This document shows, one piece after another, positions 62,077-64,000 of a stretch of DNA of 64,000 bases. The notes beneath the pieces are model-generated. The model was given only the letters and a program-made list of their open reading frames with translations, searched no databases and had not been told where the DNA came from. Origin of the DNA: Schizochytrium sp. TIO01 (Eukaryota; Protista; Bigyra: Labyrinthulomycetes). The DNA lies in the NCBI GenBank assembly GCA_004764695.1, contig SMSO01000014.1, forward strand, positions 4,102,845 through 4,166,844, read 5' to 3'. The position numbers and the translations under genes are program-made. The stretch's first letter is position 1. Each line of letters opens with the position of its first letter.

Positions 62077-63123
62077 ATGGAGGCCGTCCCTGCCATAGAT
62101 AAGGCCAACCCTGCGCCCTCGGAGGCTGCCATGGAGGTTGAAGAGTCCTCTCGTGCCGAAGAAAGCGTTGGAAACTCAAGCACAGAGCCTAAGGAAGATT
62201 CCAAGGAGGACAATAAATCCAAAGAGCCCAAAGAATCTAAAGAATATGAGGAGCCAAAGGAGGCCAAGGAATCTGAAACTGTGAAGAGCGACTCCAAAGA
62301 TGTAAAAGACAGCAATGAGATTCAGTCCCAATTGGATCATCATGAAAATGAAGTTAAAACATCAGATTCTGGCGAGGGCAATGAATCTGACAAGAGAGAA
62401 GGGGAAGCAGTTCAACAAGTTCCAAATAAGAAGAAGCGCACTGCAGAGGAGATTTCGAGGGAAAGACTCTCAGAAGCGTGTTTTCTGGATGATAATTGGA
62501 TTCGTGCGTTTGGATTGTCTGTGCACAATGTCCTGGATTACTTTGCATGCAGTCCTTTCTATGACAGCTCGTGCAACAACGAAATCCTGCGGGCGCAGAA
62601 CTTAGGTCTTGAGATGTTAGCTGATATGCCTGGCGTTGAGTATCGCCTGCTGCACACTGGCCACGAACCCGTTCTTTTTGTCGTAGTGAAGCAGGAGCGC
62701 GCATCAAAAACCGTTGTGAGGCGTCAGGCGCTCTACTACATTCTTGACAAGGTAATCTACCAAGCTCCTACTTTGCAACGTCTAATTGCATCCAGACTCA
62801 CCAAATCAACCAACCACTTGCAAAGGGCTTTCGAAGAGATGTCTAATGCTGCACGTTATGCACCATCCCAGGGCTTCACGTGGCACTTTGAAGGTGACGC
62901 CCACAAGTCTTGGCGCATGTCCACTGAGGGCATGGCCTATGACCTCCGTCGTCGACGCCGTGATGAACAGCTCGAGCGTCGTGCAGAGGCCGAAATTGGC
63001 GGTTTGCTGAACTCCATCGCTGCCACCTTTGTTGGAAACAACAACGGTGCCAATACGAAAACCGAAAATGACTCCAAGAGCGCCACTGCAGGAGATACTC
63101 AGCAGCCAACAGCTAAACGTTAA
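62077..63123 (+). CDS. MED6: Mediator of RNA polymerase II transcription subunit 6
   Basis: NVLDYFACSPFYDSSCNNE, GVEYRL, EPVLFVVVKQ, YYILDKVIYQAPTL...SRL. ATG at 62077, with an acidic N-terminal extension. Confidence 0.92.
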   Translation: MEAVPAIDKANPAPSEAAMEVEESSRAEESVGNSSTEPKEDSKEDNKSKEPKESKEYEEPKEAKESETVKSDSKDVKDSNEIQSQLDHHENEVKTSDSGEGNESDKREGEAVQQVPNKKKRTAEEISRERLSEACFLDDNWIRAFGLSVHNVLDYFACSPFYDSSCNNEILRAQNLGLEMLADMPGVEYRLLHTGHEPVLFVVVKQERASKTVVRRQALYYILDKVIYQAPTLQRLIASRLTKSTNHLQRAFEEMSNAARYAPSQGFTWHFEGDAHKSWRMSTEGMAYDLRRRRRDEQLERRAEAEIGGLLNSIAATFVGNNNGANTKTENDSKSATAGDTQQPTAKR

Positions 63124-64000
63124 CAGACTTGCAGCTAGTTGGGGCCACTTGGTTGCTATGTTATTAAGAACAAACTTTCTAACCGTCTATCTCGCGTCGT
63201 CTCTGGGTGCACGGGGCGCCCTGTAATCTTGCACATACTGCCGCGATGCCTTTTCTACGTCTACTGCAGAGGTGCGTTGAGAGAGGCGGTGGCTGCACCT
63301 GCGAGTAAGCTTACGAGAAGTAGACGTGACGAGCTGTGATTCTCTCTTGCATCGCCTTTAGCCCTCTAATCTTGCACGATATTGTAAGCAAAATGCAGCA
63401 GGCCCGTTTTTCAAGGAATAAGCTGCATTATACACTATGGTTGTATGCACAACGTAAGCTACACGCCCTACTAAATTGCGAAAGGGTGCACTACCTTCAA
63501 TTCAAGCTGTTCGTGCTCTCTCTGACTGAAGGGCAAGAGAACTAGATGGACGTTCTGAATACAAATGACTATCCTTGTTTAGTATTTCACGTTTTGATGC
63601 TATCTACACATGCTATCTACATATGACGCCACAATCTTTACTTTTCTTTAATTGCTACACAGGTTTTTCTTTTTCCTCAACATCAGTATATCTCATACTT
63701 TCCTACTTGTAGTGTCAAATTCTTGATGTCCACTGCAAATTATTGTATAGCTTGGTCTGCCCTCACCCTGGTGCCTTATGCCCAATAAATGGTTTGCTGG
63801 TGAACGTGAAAAGAGGTCACTATGTAAGATTGTACTAATGTCTGAAAGTCTAAACCTCTTCTTTTCCTTTTCCTTGAACTCGCTTTCCAGGAACCACTAC
63901 GGTCTCATAGTCCATTCCTAGGATCGCTGAGGAAGATAATATTTCTAGCTTTTTGAGGCAGATCGAGACAAAATCCTTCAACCAAAGCAAAAACCAAATA

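Overview
Eukaryotic nuclear DNA, intron-poor, with microsatellite-rich intergenic spacers. The gene mix (CDPK, AP2 factor, ARMC1, GT41) and spacer style suggest a stramenopile protist, possibly a thraustochytrid; this is an inference. I can support 16 protein-coding genes: CDPK, Bud32/TP53RK (2 exons), a tail-anchored coiled-coil protein, ARMC1, an inositol monophosphatase-family enzyme (2 exons), CenH3/CENP-A, an AP2-domain factor, an intronless VPS13, a TPR-GT41 glycosyltransferase, ALDH3, ASCC2, two LITAF paralogues, XPF/ERCC4, a BMT5-like methyltransferase and MED6. I saw no rRNA, tRNA, CRISPR array or intact transposon. Best leads: (1) an ORF-free ~800 nt segment (36761-37560) densely packed with hairpins and long-range helices, whose G-U pairs favour the + strand (candidate unannotated structured RNA); (2) an OGT-type GT41 with an N-terminal signal/anchor; (3) a VPS13 with a DysF domain inserted in its adaptor-binding region; (4) a recurring AGGTAGGTAG/CTACCTACC motif about 120-270 bp upstream of many start codons, with orphan copies in two gene deserts; (5) reverse-complementary microsatellite pairs. 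All helices and motifs were found by eye; nothing was computed or searched.
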